64,000 nucleotides of DNA from a virus (taxonomy: Duplodnaviria > Caudoviricetes), in the IMG/VR virus record IMGVR_UViG_3300007747_000009, positions 44,898 through 108,897 of that record. One strand, 5' to 3'. Of this stretch, positions 29,866 through 40,456 are shown one piece after another. A program made the position numbers and the translations under genes. The notes under the pieces were generated by a model. That model made no database searches and was not told the DNA's origin. It saw only the letters and a list, made by a program, of their open reading frames with translations. Positions within the stretch are counted from its first letter, which is position 1, and the number at the start of each line of letters is the position of its first letter.

Positions 29866-30609
29866 ATGAATCATTTTCAAAAAATAGTTGTTCCAGATGA
29901 TAAAGAAATCTACTTCGTCGGTGATATTCATGGCAACGCAGATCTTTATGATAGGACTATAAAGGAATTCGGAATCAAAGATGAAGACTATGTTTTCAGT
30001 GTTGGTGATGTAATTGACCGTGGACCACGTAGTGCTAGAATGCTCTTTGAATTCCTTTTCAAGCCGAATCGATATATGATTATCGGCAACCACGAACATA
30101 TGTTTGTAGAAGGTGAAGTACGCAGAGACTTCTATCACTGTCATATGCAAAATGGTGGCGATGTATTCCTTGATGAAGTGGGTGAAACTGGATTTCAGTA
30201 CTTCAGACCTTTCGTATCACAGTTGCCATTAATTATGGAAATTCACCACAGGGGTTTGAAGATTGGTTTAGTACACGGTGGTGTACCTACTCGATATACT
30301 GACTGGAATACATTTGTATCTGATGTTAAACCAATGACGTGGAATATAGTTGAGGAAATCATTTGGGATCGTAAAACCTTTGATGATTGCAAAGCTAACA
30401 ATACTCCTAATGCTCCTAAGCTTGGTGGTATTGATTATGTATTCTCTGGACATACTGGCGTTGTTGATCCTTTGGTGTACGGTAACCGTATGTGGATTGA
30501 CAGTCAGTTCTTGAGTGGGGATTTAACTTTCAGTACTTTCAGTGGTAAGACTCCACGTCATTTCCGTAGAGAACGTGACCAATATAGTTTTGATAGATTC
30601 CAGAGGTAA
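29866..30609 (+). CDS. Ser/Thr protein phosphatase (PphA/NinI-like)
   Basis: GDIHG, GDVIDRG, GNHE, HGG, GHT. Confidence 0.9.
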   Translation: MNHFQKIVVPDDKEIYFVGDIHGNADLYDRTIKEFGIKDEDYVFSVGDVIDRGPRSARMLFEFLFKPNRYMIIGNHEHMFVEGEVRRDFYHCHMQNGGDVFLDEVGETGFQYFRPFVSQLPLIMEIHHRGLKIGLVHGGVPTRYTDWNTFVSDVKPMTWNIVEEIIWDRKTFDDCKANNTPNAPKLGGIDYVFSGHTGVVDPLVYGNRMWIDSQFLSGDLTFSTFSGKTPRHFRRERDQYSFDRFQR

Positions 30610-30610
30610 T

Positions 30611-31213
30611 ATGTCAGAAGCTCAAGAAATATTTACAAGTACATTGATAAAGTGCGAACAATTACACCGCCTATCTATAGAAAATAAAAAATATGCATCT
30701 ATGAAGATTATGGGTAGTAGCGTTACGGTTGATTTCACTGATGCTGATTATATTACTATTAATACACTATCTCATTTAAAAACTAAAGATTTAAAATTTG
30801 TGGAATTCTCAAGTGGTGATAGATGTTATGTTTCTACATTAGAAGGTGATGATCTGAAATTGCATAGAAAATACGGACTAGACACTTGGTCAGTATCATC
30901 CAAATATATCGTATTCAAGGACAAACAAATGAAAGAATTAGTACACAATGATAATTGGGGCGGTGGTTCGTTTAATTTTACCAAAGATGAAGTACTTGGT
31001 AAAACCATAGCTATTAAATCCCCCGAATCACAAGATGTAATTTATGGTTTCATTACGTCTGAATCTAGTCGTAATGGTAATGATGGTGGTCAAGGTGGGT
31101 CATGGAAAAACGTTGATTACATATATCAATTAGAATCAGATAGTTTTGATCGTAACACTAAACTTTTAGACCTTCTTAACCGTGGATTTAAAGTATTTCT
31201 AAAGGGTGAATAA
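30611..31213 (+). CDS. Hypothetical protein
   Basis: SD GAGG. Confidence 0.75.
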   Translation: MSEAQEIFTSTLIKCEQLHRLSIENKKYASMKIMGSSVTVDFTDADYITINTLSHLKTKDLKFVEFSSGDRCYVSTLEGDDLKLHRKYGLDTWSVSSKYIVFKDKQMKELVHNDNWGGGSFNFTKDEVLGKTIAIKSPESQDVIYGFITSESSRNGNDGGQGGSWKNVDYIYQLESDSFDRNTKLLDLLNRGFKVFLKGE

Positions 31214-31767
31214 TGAATCAGATTAATACTTACACATATCTAATAACTATGCCTGCTAAATTTAATTGGTACATGATTGATTGGGGTTCATTCGATGTAG
31301 ATTTGTATAACAATCCAGATGGTGATAATGAAAAACAATTACTGTCTGCATTCTATAGCTTTTATGGTCCTGAACCGTTGGGTGATAAAACCCGCTTTTC
31401 TACTATTCCAAAAATCTCAACTTTGATGCAAAAGTATAATTATACTATTGAGCACCATTACAATTTTTCAGTACTACCAGATGAAGTTAAGATGGAGTTG
31501 AAAATTAACACTGAAGCAATGGGTCAACATCTTGAAACGTTTCTTGATGAAGTGCTAAATGAATATTTTTCTGCTGAATCAGGTTGCTCCGAATGGATTA
31601 CTGAAGCTAAAATTAAAAAACATGGTTGGCAAAACTTCAATGTAAAATCCATTATAAAATGTACACATTTATATGAACGTTTACAAATCATGAATGATAA
31701 AGATGGCTCTATTGTTGAAGTACTAGAATGTTCCAAATGTAAAGAACTATCTAAGAGAATTATATGA
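31213..31767 (+). CDS. Hypothetical protein
   Basis: 184 aa; C-terminal CTH..CSKC. Confidence 0.75.
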   Translation: MNQINTYTYLITMPAKFNWYMIDWGSFDVDLYNNPDGDNEKQLLSAFYSFYGPEPLGDKTRFSTIPKISTLMQKYNYTIEHHYNFSVLPDEVKMELKINTEAMGQHLETFLDEVLNEYFSAESGCSEWITEAKIKKHGWQNFNVKSIIKCTHLYERLQIMNDKDGSIVEVLECSKCKELSKRII

Positions 31768-32066
31768 ATAATCAAGATATAATTACTATGTATATGAAAA
31801 AAGTTGAGGCGATTAATCAACTACTATTCTCAATGAATCAAATGAAATCTACTGAAACGACATTACTAGAACAAACTCTTAAAAATGCACAAGTTGAAGT
31901 GGATGCATTAGGTGATACAGAGTATGGTTACCTTCATGGTAAAAAGTTCTATTTTATACATTTCATCACTGACAGTTTGGTTAAATTATCTACTAAACCA
32001 GATGAGTTTTTCACTTTACATACAAATAGTATAATGGTAGACATCAACAATTTAAAATTTCTATAG
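31764..32066 (+). CDS. Hypothetical protein
   Basis: 100 aa. Confidence 0.7.
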   Translation: MNNQDIITMYMKKVEAINQLLFSMNQMKSTETTLLEQTLKNAQVEVDALGDTEYGYLHGKKFYFIHFITDSLVKLSTKPDEFFTLHTNSIMVDINNLKFL

Positions 32067-32074
32067 GAATAAAA

Positions 32075-32560
32075 ATGAAATTATATTTATTAACAAATAT
32101 GTATTGCGGTGGTCAACATCCGGGAATCCAAGGAATTCACTCCGCTGTTCGACTACTTGGTAAGTATACCTTTGATGATCGAGACTTCCCAGAATTATCT
32201 AAACAAGTTTTTGATTGGTACGAAGATCATGAAACAGTCGTACTACTCCAGAGCGGCATGGATCATGAAGGTTTAAAAACTGTAGTGGAATCACTTGATG
32301 CACTAGAAAGTAATGTATCATTTAACAGATATAAAGATGATACCTATAATCCAGAATTTCCAATTATTCCATTTGCTGAATTTAAAGAACCGGGAATGAA
32401 CTATTCTATTTCGAGTGTTGCAGTACTATGTGATTCGGTTATGGTTAGTAATATGAGTAGTCTAAGGACAGGATTCATCACCGCTGATGATATGATTAAT
32501 TACTACGGTGATGTACTAGGAAATCTACTAATTAAGATGACTTATATGAGGACTGTATAA
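32075..32560 (+). CDS. Peptidyl-tRNA hydrolase II-like phage protein (putative)
   Basis: GIQGIHS..W..HETVVLL..F.EPGMN..SSVAV resembles the PTH2 layout. Confidence 0.45.
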   Translation: MKLYLLTNMYCGGQHPGIQGIHSAVRLLGKYTFDDRDFPELSKQVFDWYEDHETVVLLQSGMDHEGLKTVVESLDALESNVSFNRYKDDTYNPEFPIIPFAEFKEPGMNYSISSVAVLCDSVMVSNMSSLRTGFITADDMINYYGDVLGNLLIKMTYMRTV

Positions 32561-32787
32561 TGAAAGAAGTTATTGTCACTACCATAATGTATGAAACGGA
32601 AGATGGTGAACGGTTTGAACGTGCAGAAGATGCAATTCATTACGAACTAATTAAATCTGGAGTTCGTCGTGTGTGTCCCGCATGTAAAGGACTTACGCAT
32701 GTTCTAAGTAGTAATATGCTACAACGAGAACCATGTACCGAATGTAATAAAAAAGGTTATCAAGAAAAAGTAGAGGTGTGGAAATGA
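32560..32787 (+). CDS. Small Zn-finger protein
   Basis: CPACKG..CTECNKKG. Confidence 0.7.
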   Translation: MKEVIVTTIMYETEDGERFERAEDAIHYELIKSGVRRVCPACKGLTHVLSSNMLQREPCTECNKKGYQEKVEVWK

Positions 32788-33998
32788 AATTACCAGAAAA
32801 GTTTTATGTAACACGTAATTATAGAAGTACTGAAGAAGTACTCGGTTTTATGGTTGTAGCAGACGCCGAACATACTAAAAGTTTCCAAAAGAAAAAAGAA
32901 ACTGCGGATCGTTGGGCACGTGGTAGTAAAGTTGATCCAATCTACATTGATAATATCCCTAAATTTGGATTTCAAATTGTTACCAACGTATCTCGATATA
33001 GTACTTCGAATGTGGTTTGGAGAGTATTACACCCTGAAGGTTTTGAATTCGAAATTACTTCACATAACTTCTGTGATCTAATCCAGACCAGTACTGTTAT
33101 TGATGGAGCTATTCAGGAAGAATTATTCTTCACTGAAAATAAAATGTTAGTTAGTTCTAAGACTCGATTGTATGCAGATTTAATCAAGCAAGAAGAGAAG
33201 AAAGAACAACAAAAAGAGTTGATTTCTGCTTTTGTCCAAGGTGATAAATTCAAGTTCGAAGGTGAACTGGGCGTAAGTTATAAGTCAGAGTACTTGTACT
33301 GTGGTAGCTACCACATGTTGGTTATGAATAAAAACAAACCACTTTGTATTCCAGAAAAAAGCACCAAGAAAGAAGTTGTAATGAATCTAAGTACTGGAGA
33401 ATTACTAATCAGAACGAAGATTTCAGATCGTGAAATTGTAAAAACTGGATTCCAAGAAGTTGACCGTAACAAAGTAATTGAGAAATTGAATACTGAACAT
33501 CGTGATTACACAAAGTCTTCTAAGTACCGTTCAGAACCATTGGATGATTATTATGTACTAGCATTGTGTGGTGATACAAAACCATTTAAACGCGATTCAT
33601 GTACTGTTAAATATGAAATGGTCGATACAAAAACCATCAACCGCTACATTGACAATTATTTCGCGTATGTAATAAATCGCAACGGTGATGTAATGCGTGT
33701 GTTCGGTGCGTGTACCGATTCAAAAAATTATTACGGTAATTCAAAACAGCAAATTGCGAATTTCGCTGGATGTGACAAGATTTTCACATACCCTGCTGAA
33801 CTTCAAGAAAATGGGCAGTTACACATTCCTAATGTGGACTTAACGACGCACCAAGGATTTACTGGATATCGTAACAACACACCATTTAGAGGTATTGGTA
33901 ATTATAGTAATAGCTTTGGACATGCAGATCCAATGTCACTATCATTGGTTGATATCCCAGAAGGTATTATGCTAGGACGCTTACAACTTGGGAAGTAA
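32784..33998 (+). CDS. Hypothetical protein
   Basis: About 404 aa; SD GAGG. Confidence 0.8.
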   Translation: MKLPEKFYVTRNYRSTEEVLGFMVVADAEHTKSFQKKKETADRWARGSKVDPIYIDNIPKFGFQIVTNVSRYSTSNVVWRVLHPEGFEFEITSHNFCDLIQTSTVIDGAIQEELFFTENKMLVSSKTRLYADLIKQEEKKEQQKELISAFVQGDKFKFEGELGVSYKSEYLYCGSYHMLVMNKNKPLCIPEKSTKKEVVMNLSTGELLIRTKISDREIVKTGFQEVDRNKVIEKLNTEHRDYTKSSKYRSEPLDDYYVLALCGDTKPFKRDSCTVKYEMVDTKTINRYIDNYFAYVINRNGDVMRVFGACTDSKNYYGNSKQQIANFAGCDKIFTYPAELQENGQLHIPNVDLTTHQGFTGYRNNTPFRGIGNYSNSFGHADPMSLSLVDIPEGIMLGRLQLGK

Positions 33999-34027
33999 AT
34001 ACTTCCCAAACACATCAAGGAAGATAT

Positions 34028-35452
34028 ATGAAAAATATTCTATCAATCTTAACAGAAATAAAAAATGATCCAAGTATTCTTGCTAAAAAACGAATCTTAG
34101 AAACTAATAAAGATAATGAAGTACTAAAACGTGTACTCAAATTAGCGTTAGATCCGGGAATTGTTAGTGGCTATAAAAAGATACCAGCACCATTTATCAG
34201 TGGTGAGAAGTATGATTTGAATATTGCCCTAGACAAAATGGAAGATATCTACAATCGCGTATATACTGGGAATGATGGTCGTCTTCACATTTCACACGTA
34301 TTGGGATCACTATCCCCAGATGATCAAGAAGTACTACGCAGAGTACTAACCAAAGATCTAGAGTGTGGTGCTAGTGATAAAATCACCAATGATGTATTTG
34401 GTAAAGGTTTTATCAAAGATGAACCATACATGCGTTGTTCTCTAATTGATACTAAAACCGTCAATAACATTGAATTCTCGAAGTACGGTTATGCGGTATC
34501 CGAAACCAAACTAGATGGTCAGTACTTAAATCATACAATCATCAATGGTTCATTGACATGTACCTCTAGAAATGGTAAGGTTTATGACTTCCTAGGAAGC
34601 CGTGACGAGCTTATGGCTAAATTGGCTGCTTCGGTACAGGCTAATGATGATCGCTTCTCTAGTGGCGTTGTATTCAACGGAGAGTGCCTTGTGATGGATG
34701 ATTCAGGGCGGATCATGCCACGCGAGACTGGTAATGGTATTATTCAGAAAGCCGGTAAAGGAACAATGTCTGCATACGAATCAATGCGTATTGTATTTGT
34801 TCTATGGGATGTACTTCCATATGATGCTTTCCGTGATGGTATTTGGAATGTAAAACGAAAAGAACGTCGTAATATTCTAGAAAGTGCAATTCAAGAAATA
34901 GATTCTGAATTTATTCAAATGGTTGAGTACGAAAAAGTACTAAACATTGAAGAAGCATTTGAACATAACACGATGCTAATGGAGCGTGGTGAAGAAGGTT
35001 CAGTACTAAAATGTGAAAGTGGTATTTGGAAGTCTCATACTTCACCTAAGCAGTTGAAAATGAAACTAAAAATGCAATTAGATTTACGTATTGTTGGTTT
35101 CAATGAAGGTGAGAAGAAACGTACTGGTATGCTTGGTTCATTGATTTTAGAATCTGAAGATGGATTATTGACTACAAACTGCGGTACAGGTATCAAAGAA
35201 AAGGGTGAAGAGTGGACATTCCAAACTATTTGGGACAACCGTGAAACACTACTTGGGAAAGTTGTTACTGTTGAATGTAATGAACTTACTAAAGATAAAA
35301 AGACAAAAATACCAAAAGTATTCTTGCCCGTATTTGTCGAATTCCGTTTTGACAAAGAAACGTGTGATGATTATGAACGTATTTTGGAAATTAGAGCATC
35401 AGCCGTAGAAGTGTTTAGTAAAACAATTTCGGAGGCACTAAAAGGAAAATAA
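34028..35452 (+). CDS. lig: ATP-dependent DNA ligase
   Basis: ETKLDG (motif I), NGE, WDVL, EGSVLK, KMK, OB-fold tail LPVFVEFRFDK. Confidence 0.92.
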   Translation: MKNILSILTEIKNDPSILAKKRILETNKDNEVLKRVLKLALDPGIVSGYKKIPAPFISGEKYDLNIALDKMEDIYNRVYTGNDGRLHISHVLGSLSPDDQEVLRRVLTKDLECGASDKITNDVFGKGFIKDEPYMRCSLIDTKTVNNIEFSKYGYAVSETKLDGQYLNHTIINGSLTCTSRNGKVYDFLGSRDELMAKLAASVQANDDRFSSGVVFNGECLVMDDSGRIMPRETGNGIIQKAGKGTMSAYESMRIVFVLWDVLPYDAFRDGIWNVKRKERRNILESAIQEIDSEFIQMVEYEKVLNIEEAFEHNTMLMERGEEGSVLKCESGIWKSHTSPKQLKMKLKMQLDLRIVGFNEGEKKRTGMLGSLILESEDGLLTTNCGTGIKEKGEEWTFQTIWDNRETLLGKVVTVECNELTKDKKTKIPKVFLPVFVEFRFDKETCDDYERILEIRASAVEVFSKTISEALKGK

Positions 35453-35455
35453 GTA

Positions 35456-35905
35456 ATGGATAAACCTTCATTTTATTTGTACATTTTCAATCCATCGGTG
35501 AGAGTAGATAATGAATCATCTGATTTCGCACTAATGATCCCTACTTCTGAATTTGTATTTGGAGTTGACAAATATAATGTACCTTCAGGTATGAGTACGC
35601 GAATAACATATTTGGCTAACAATATATATTCTTATAATATTGATACAAATACTTATACTACAATCAAATCCAGAGGTGGAATGAGTGTCCCAGACGAATT
35701 TCATACAGATTTTTATAATATATATTCTGGTAATGATGTTCATATTTTTAACGACAGCATTGGTAGTGATAATCCAATTGATGATTTTTTGCACCATACT
35801 AAAAGTTTCTATGGGCATTGGGAGAAAAAAATAATGAAAGTTTCTCTTGACGGATTGGAACATCCTGAGATATACTTGTCTTCATTGTTTGATCAAGGTA
35901 CATAA
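35456..35905 (+). CDS. Hypothetical protein
   Basis: 149 aa. Confidence 0.7.
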   Translation: MDKPSFYLYIFNPSVRVDNESSDFALMIPTSEFVFGVDKYNVPSGMSTRITYLANNIYSYNIDTNTYTTIKSRGGMSVPDEFHTDFYNIYSGNDVHIFNDSIGSDNPIDDFLHHTKSFYGHWEKKIMKVSLDGLEHPEIYLSSLFDQGT

Positions 35906-35906
35906 A

Positions 35907-36698
35907 ATGAAATTCCTACTTTTTTCTGATATTCATGGTGGTACAGGGTACTACCATGCTTCTGATTATAGCGATGTAGTACTAATTATAGCTGGTGATT
36001 TTGATGAAGCGAAAAAATCAAGATATAGTGAAAATATAAAAAAGCTTGCCCCTGCATTTAAATCTGTTATACTTGTTGCTGGAAACCATGAGTATTATGG
36101 TTCAAACATTTTCAAAACTAATAAAGTACTAAAAGAGTTAGAAACAGAAGTACCCAACTTTACATATCTCAATGATAATCATCTTTGGATTGATGATGTA
36201 TTGATTGTGGGAGGTACTTTGTGGACTGACTTTGATGGTAGCAGCCCAATCACTAAGATTGATGCTCGTTTGAAAATGAACGATTATAAGCACATACGAA
36301 ATGGACCATCTTCAGAGCCTTGGCGTAAGAAGCTTTCGGTAGAAGATGTTGAGTTCATGCACTATAAAACAAAGAAATATATTCGCGATGCAGTTGACAA
36401 CGAACGAACATCGTGTCATAATGATTTCAAGGTTGTGGTTGTAACACACCACGCACCGAGTTTTAAAAGTGTTTCCCCGAAATATCAAAACAATTCATTG
36501 AACGGATGTTACTGTTCTAATATGGATGAGTACGTTGAAGCACTTGGTGCTGATGTTTGGGTACATGGTCATGTACACAATAGTTTTGATTATAACATTG
36601 GCAAAACTCGCATTATTTGTAACCCACGTGGATACGAGACATATTCAGGTGGCGTTGAGAATTTTGATTACAATCCCAAATTTATTTTTGAAGTATAA
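35907..36698 (+). CDS. Calcineurin-like metallophosphoesterase
   Basis: SDIH, AGD, GNHEYY, TLWTD, THHAP, HGHVH, NPRGY. Confidence 0.88.
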   Translation: MKFLLFSDIHGGTGYYHASDYSDVVLIIAGDFDEAKKSRYSENIKKLAPAFKSVILVAGNHEYYGSNIFKTNKVLKELETEVPNFTYLNDNHLWIDDVLIVGGTLWTDFDGSSPITKIDARLKMNDYKHIRNGPSSEPWRKKLSVEDVEFMHYKTKKYIRDAVDNERTSCHNDFKVVVVTHHAPSFKSVSPKYQNNSLNGCYCSNMDEYVEALGADVWVHGHVHNSFDYNIGKTRIICNPRGYETYSGGVENFDYNPKFIFEV

Positions 36699-36713
36699 TA
36701 AAAAGGAAAATAT

Positions 36714-37373
36714 ATGAACACTATCAACCAATCTATCCCATTCGTTATTGAAAAAACTGCAAACGGTGAACGTTCTTATGATTTGGGTTCTCGCCTACTT
36801 CAAGACCGTGTTATTATGCTTGATAATGGTTTTGATGATCACATGGCACACATTGTAAAAATGCAACTTATCTGGTTGGATTCACAAAAACATGATCCTA
36901 TTACCATTTACATCAATAGTCCGGGTGGTTCAGTACATGCAGGTTTAGGTATTGCCGATGTAGTTTCCTCAATGGTTTCACCTATCCGTACTGTAGTAAT
37001 GGGTATGGCTGCAAGTATGGGCTGCTACATGCAAAGTACAATGGGTACTCCCGGTCTTCGCTTAGCTGGCAAACGTGCACAAATTATGGCACACCAAGTA
37101 TCAAGTGCAACTCAAGGTACTCTAGCCGACCAGAAGATTTCATTGGCACACAGCGAGCGTCTTGATGATCTACTAGGTCGTGAAATTGCGGATGCAGTAG
37201 GTGTTACTTATAAGAAGTATAAAGCTGATACCATTCGCGATTTATGGTTAACTGCTGAAGAAGCATTACAGTACGGCGATAAAGGTTTCATCGATGGTAT
37301 CTTGACCGGTGAACGTAACGAAGATGGTCAGCACAAAGTCAAACGTCGTGATGGTAGCTTTGACTGGGTATAA
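36714..37373 (+). CDS. clpP: ClpP-family protease proteolytic subunit
   Basis: ERSYDLGSRLLQDR, YINSPGGSV, MAASMG (catalytic Ser), MAHQ (His), RDLWL. Confidence 0.9.
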   Translation: MNTINQSIPFVIEKTANGERSYDLGSRLLQDRVIMLDNGFDDHMAHIVKMQLIWLDSQKHDPITIYINSPGGSVHAGLGIADVVSSMVSPIRTVVMGMAASMGCYMQSTMGTPGLRLAGKRAQIMAHQVSSATQGTLADQKISLAHSERLDDLLGREIADAVGVTYKKYKADTIRDLWLTAEEALQYGDKGFIDGILTGERNEDGQHKVKRRDGSFDWV

Positions 37374-37380
37374 TATAAAC

Positions 37381-37410
37381 AGTACCCCGTAATAGGGGTA
37401 CTTTATTTTT
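37381..37410 (+). terminator. Intrinsic terminator
   Basis: AGTACCCC-GTAATA-GGGGTACT then TTATTTTT. Confidence 0.7.
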
Positions 37411-37427
37411 ATCACTTTGAGGATTTT

Positions 37428-37715
37428 ATGAGTAAAACGTTAGTAAGAAACAACACACAAGAGAATACTGAAACAGTTGCAAGTAATGAATTTATTGAAA
37501 TTGCATATAACCAAATTTCGGACATTAGTCTTTCATTGAATAAAGATTCCGAAACTGATGATGTACTTGAAGGTATGAGTGATATGCTTGAACTTATGAA
37601 AGCAGTACTCAAATCTTTGAACATCAAACCTGAACACCTATTCAATACAGCACATAAACTAAGTACAGAAGAAGGAACTTTTTCTGATATGAAAGCAGTT
37701 CCAAAGGAGCAATAA
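37428..37715 (+). CDS. Hypothetical protein, degenerate MazG/PRA-PH-like helical domain
   Basis: LEGMSDMLEL..L..L..K...EGTF resembles EELADLLEV..K...RGGF. Confidence 0.4.
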   Translation: MSKTLVRNNTQENTETVASNEFIEIAYNQISDISLSLNKDSETDDVLEGMSDMLELMKAVLKSLNIKPEHLFNTAHKLSTEEGTFSDMKAVPKEQ

Positions 37716-38155
37716 TGACTACTGATCAATATAATGAAGGTTATCAATACTTCAAACAAAACGGTATGCTTAGTACTGAATTACTAAAGCAACGCAGTCC
37801 GTTATTCCGTCGTGGGTATCATACTGCACAGGAAGAATCTGCTAAGAAAACTAAGGGTACATTCCCTACCTCACTTTACGATATTCCACGTCGCCCAGAT
37901 AATTTCGTTCCAACGTATAATGATATTCTTGCTGCAACCCGTCGCCCACGCATGAATAAGCTACACCTTACGCACATGGAACCATTGCTTTCGTTACTCA
38001 TTCGTGAAGTAGAGAAGAACTGTGCAGACGTGACTCGTTATGCTGATGTACTAAAAAAGGTTGACCTTGCCTTTGATATCATGCTACAATACGGTTACGA
38101 TGAAGGTATCTTGGATGCTCGCGATTTGCAGCAATACGATTACGTACCTAAGTAA
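37715..38155 (+). CDS. Hypothetical protein
   Basis: 146 aa; SD AAGGAG. Confidence 0.75.
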   Translation: MTTDQYNEGYQYFKQNGMLSTELLKQRSPLFRRGYHTAQEESAKKTKGTFPTSLYDIPRRPDNFVPTYNDILAATRRPRMNKLHLTHMEPLLSLLIREVEKNCADVTRYADVLKKVDLAFDIMLQYGYDEGILDARDLQQYDYVPK

Positions 38156-38166
38156 ACAAACAATAA

Positions 38167-38184
38167 AGGCCGCACAAGCGGCCT
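38167..38184 (+). terminator. GC-rich hairpin (weak T tract)
   Basis: AGGCCGC-ACAA-GCGGCCT. Confidence 0.45.
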
Positions 38185-38196
38185 ATACTGAGATTA

Positions 38197-38733
38197 ATGA
38201 AAATGAAATTACGTCCATTGTCTGATACTGAAACATCTGAAATACTTAAAAATCTAGATCGCCTTTGGGAACTTTCAGGTCTTATCACTTCTGAGGCACG
38301 GTTACGGTTAGAACAAGCACACAAAAATCATTTAGCTGATTATTCATTTTGGGATGTACTAAATCCACTTACTAGCAAATTAAAAAAATTCAGTGATCTT
38401 GTTTCTAGGATCGGCTCATCAGGTAATACAAAGTTCACTAAAGTTGAATCAGCATTTCTTCAAGAAAAAGGATTCACTGAATTTTTACAAACTACAAGCT
38501 ACGGATATGCACCTGTGTATTTTACTGAAAAAAAATATAACGATTTAATGAAAATTGCTTTTCGTGTTGGCTGGTTTGATCACGACAAGTATAAAGTACT
38601 TCACTATGTTCTTGAAAAATATGCTGTTCATCCGGTTGAATTAACAGTGGATGAAATTATGGATTTGGATCCATTACAAGGTTTCATCTCTAAACTTGAA
38701 ACACAATGGCAGGAATATAAAGATGCTCTATAA
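38197..38733 (+). CDS. Hypothetical protein, paralog triplet member
   Basis: LRPLSDTETSEILKNL...YAVHPVEL. Confidence 0.75.
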   Translation: MKMKLRPLSDTETSEILKNLDRLWELSGLITSEARLRLEQAHKNHLADYSFWDVLNPLTSKLKKFSDLVSRIGSSGNTKFTKVESAFLQEKGFTEFLQTTSYGYAPVYFTEKKYNDLMKIAFRVGWFDHDKYKVLHYVLEKYAVHPVELTVDEIMDLDPLQGFISKLETQWQEYKDAL

Positions 38734-39271
38734 TCTGACCGAAGAACAAAGTACTGAATTCGTAGACAAATTAGAAACTGCAATTCAGTCAATTCAGTAT
38801 ATTAATAAAAAATCAATTGATATTTTGAATTATTGGTACAGTTTGTATGTAAAAAACCATACAAGTTTTTTGGGTCTTGCTCCAATGCCAATTAAAAAAT
38901 TCTGGAGAAAAATTGTTCTTGAAAACGGAATTCAACTCTATGAATCCGACCGTGATATAACATTTGTAACTGGGATTGATGGTTGGTCATTTTCATTACG
39001 CCCAAAAACTATTATGAAATATACCAAATTGTCGTTAGATGATATTGTGCATGATATCATCTTTATCCGTGGTGCAGCAATGAGTGCAGAACTACGTCGC
39101 AGTGAATATGATTACTGGTATGATATTCTTATTAAAATGAATACATATATGAAAGTACCGTTCACTATTGATGATGAATGGATGACCGTTTTGCAATGTA
39201 TTGATGGTAATATTGAATATTATAATTCCATAACTGAGATTGATAATGATACTAAAGACACTGACTCCTGA
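38723..39271 (+). CDS. Hypothetical protein, paralog triplet member
   Basis: LYNLTEEQSTEFVDKL...YMKVPFTI. Confidence 0.75.
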   Translation: MLYNLTEEQSTEFVDKLETAIQSIQYINKKSIDILNYWYSLYVKNHTSFLGLAPMPIKKFWRKIVLENGIQLYESDRDITFVTGIDGWSFSLRPKTIMKYTKLSLDDIVHDIIFIRGAAMSAELRRSEYDYWYDILIKMNTYMKVPFTIDDEWMTVLQCIDGNIEYYNSITEIDNDTKDTDS

Positions 39272-39746
39272 ACAAACTAATATTTGGATTTCAAATTTGA
39301 ATAAACTTATTGATCTAAGAGTTGCAGTAAGAAAATATTCAAATGAACAATATGATATTCGTGAAGCACAATATAATGAACGTTATGGTTTTTGGGGTAG
39401 AATTTTCCATAATGATTCGTCATTTGACGAATTATATATTGGATATGATGGATATTACCGTTGCTTTGGATCTATGTTTTTTAACAAGATTAGTAAGGTT
39501 GATCCATATCCACCGAAGTTGTTAGAATACAAAAAAATACTTAGGTATACTTATACCAACACTCGTGGTACAGTGATTAAACGTTTAAAACAAAAATGGG
39601 AAAACTATGCTGAACTTCCATTTAGTATTCATGAATATGATTTAGACATGTATCAAAATATTATTGAGTGGCACCAAGAACTAAAAGAAATTTTATTAGA
39701 AGGAAAGGTATACGATGAAACATTCGACTTGGATGAAGATTGCTAA
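39246..39746 (+). CDS. Hypothetical protein, paralog triplet member
   Basis: LKTLTPEQTNIWISNL...YAELPFSI. Confidence 0.75.
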   Translation: MILKTLTPEQTNIWISNLNKLIDLRVAVRKYSNEQYDIREAQYNERYGFWGRIFHNDSSFDELYIGYDGYYRCFGSMFFNKISKVDPYPPKLLEYKKILRYTYTNTRGTVIKRLKQKWENYAELPFSIHEYDLDMYQNIIEWHQELKEILLEGKVYDETFDLDEDC

Positions 39747-40182
39747 TGTAGTTGCTGAAGAGAGTAAGTGTATATCACATCATGTAGGGGCTGTAATCGT
39801 ACAGAACGACCGCATAGTCAGTACTGGATACAATGGGACACCCTCTAACCAAACCAACTGCTGTGACGCAAATAGGCACCTTGCTAGTGGGTTCCAGCAA
39901 TGGAAATCAGAAGAGGCAAAAGCTGAGCATCATCAGTGGAGTCTTTTACATGAGATTCATGCGGAGATGAATGCATTATTATACAGTGCTCCGAAAGATC
40001 GTATCGGTGCCACTCTTTATAGTACTTTACAGCCATGCTATACTTGTTCTCTACTAATTGCGGGGAGTGGTATTACTCGCGTGATCTATGAAAAAGAGTA
40101 CCCACGCACACCCGGTGAAGCTATTAAAGTACTCAAGAATGCAGGGATTAAGGTAAGTAAACTTTCTGACTTAGGTGAATAA
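39715..40182 (+). CDS. cd: dCMP deaminase
   Basis: VGAVIV, TGYNG, HAEMNA, PCYTC. Confidence 0.9.
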   Translation: MKHSTWMKIANVVAEESKCISHHVGAVIVQNDRIVSTGYNGTPSNQTNCCDANRHLASGFQQWKSEEAKAEHHQWSLLHEIHAEMNALLYSAPKDRIGATLYSTLQPCYTCSLLIAGSGITRVIYEKEYPRTPGEAIKVLKNAGIKVSKLSDLGE

Positions 40183-40456
40183 TATGTGGATGTGGATTAT
40201 TTGTGGAGTGTTGGCTTTAATTACATTGCTTCTATGTGGTCATTATATGAATCGGTCGTTTATTCAAGATTGTAATGGAAATAGCCGTAACTTTAAAGTA
40301 AGGTTTAATCCAGCCAATAACAAATATTACATTGTTAATGATACACGTTATGGTGATCTTGATGTATGTAAGTACTTTAATCTTAAACGAATTTATTATA
40401 AAAGCCAGATTGATGCAGATTTTGTTATGCAGAAATTGAATGGGTTGGACGATTAA
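40175..40456 (+). CDS. Membrane-anchored hypothetical protein
   Basis: N-terminal TM helix. Confidence 0.7.
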   Translation: MNNMWMWIICGVLALITLLLCGHYMNRSFIQDCNGNSRNFKVRFNPANNKYYIVNDTRYGDLDVCKYFNLKRIYYKSQIDADFVMQKLNGLDD

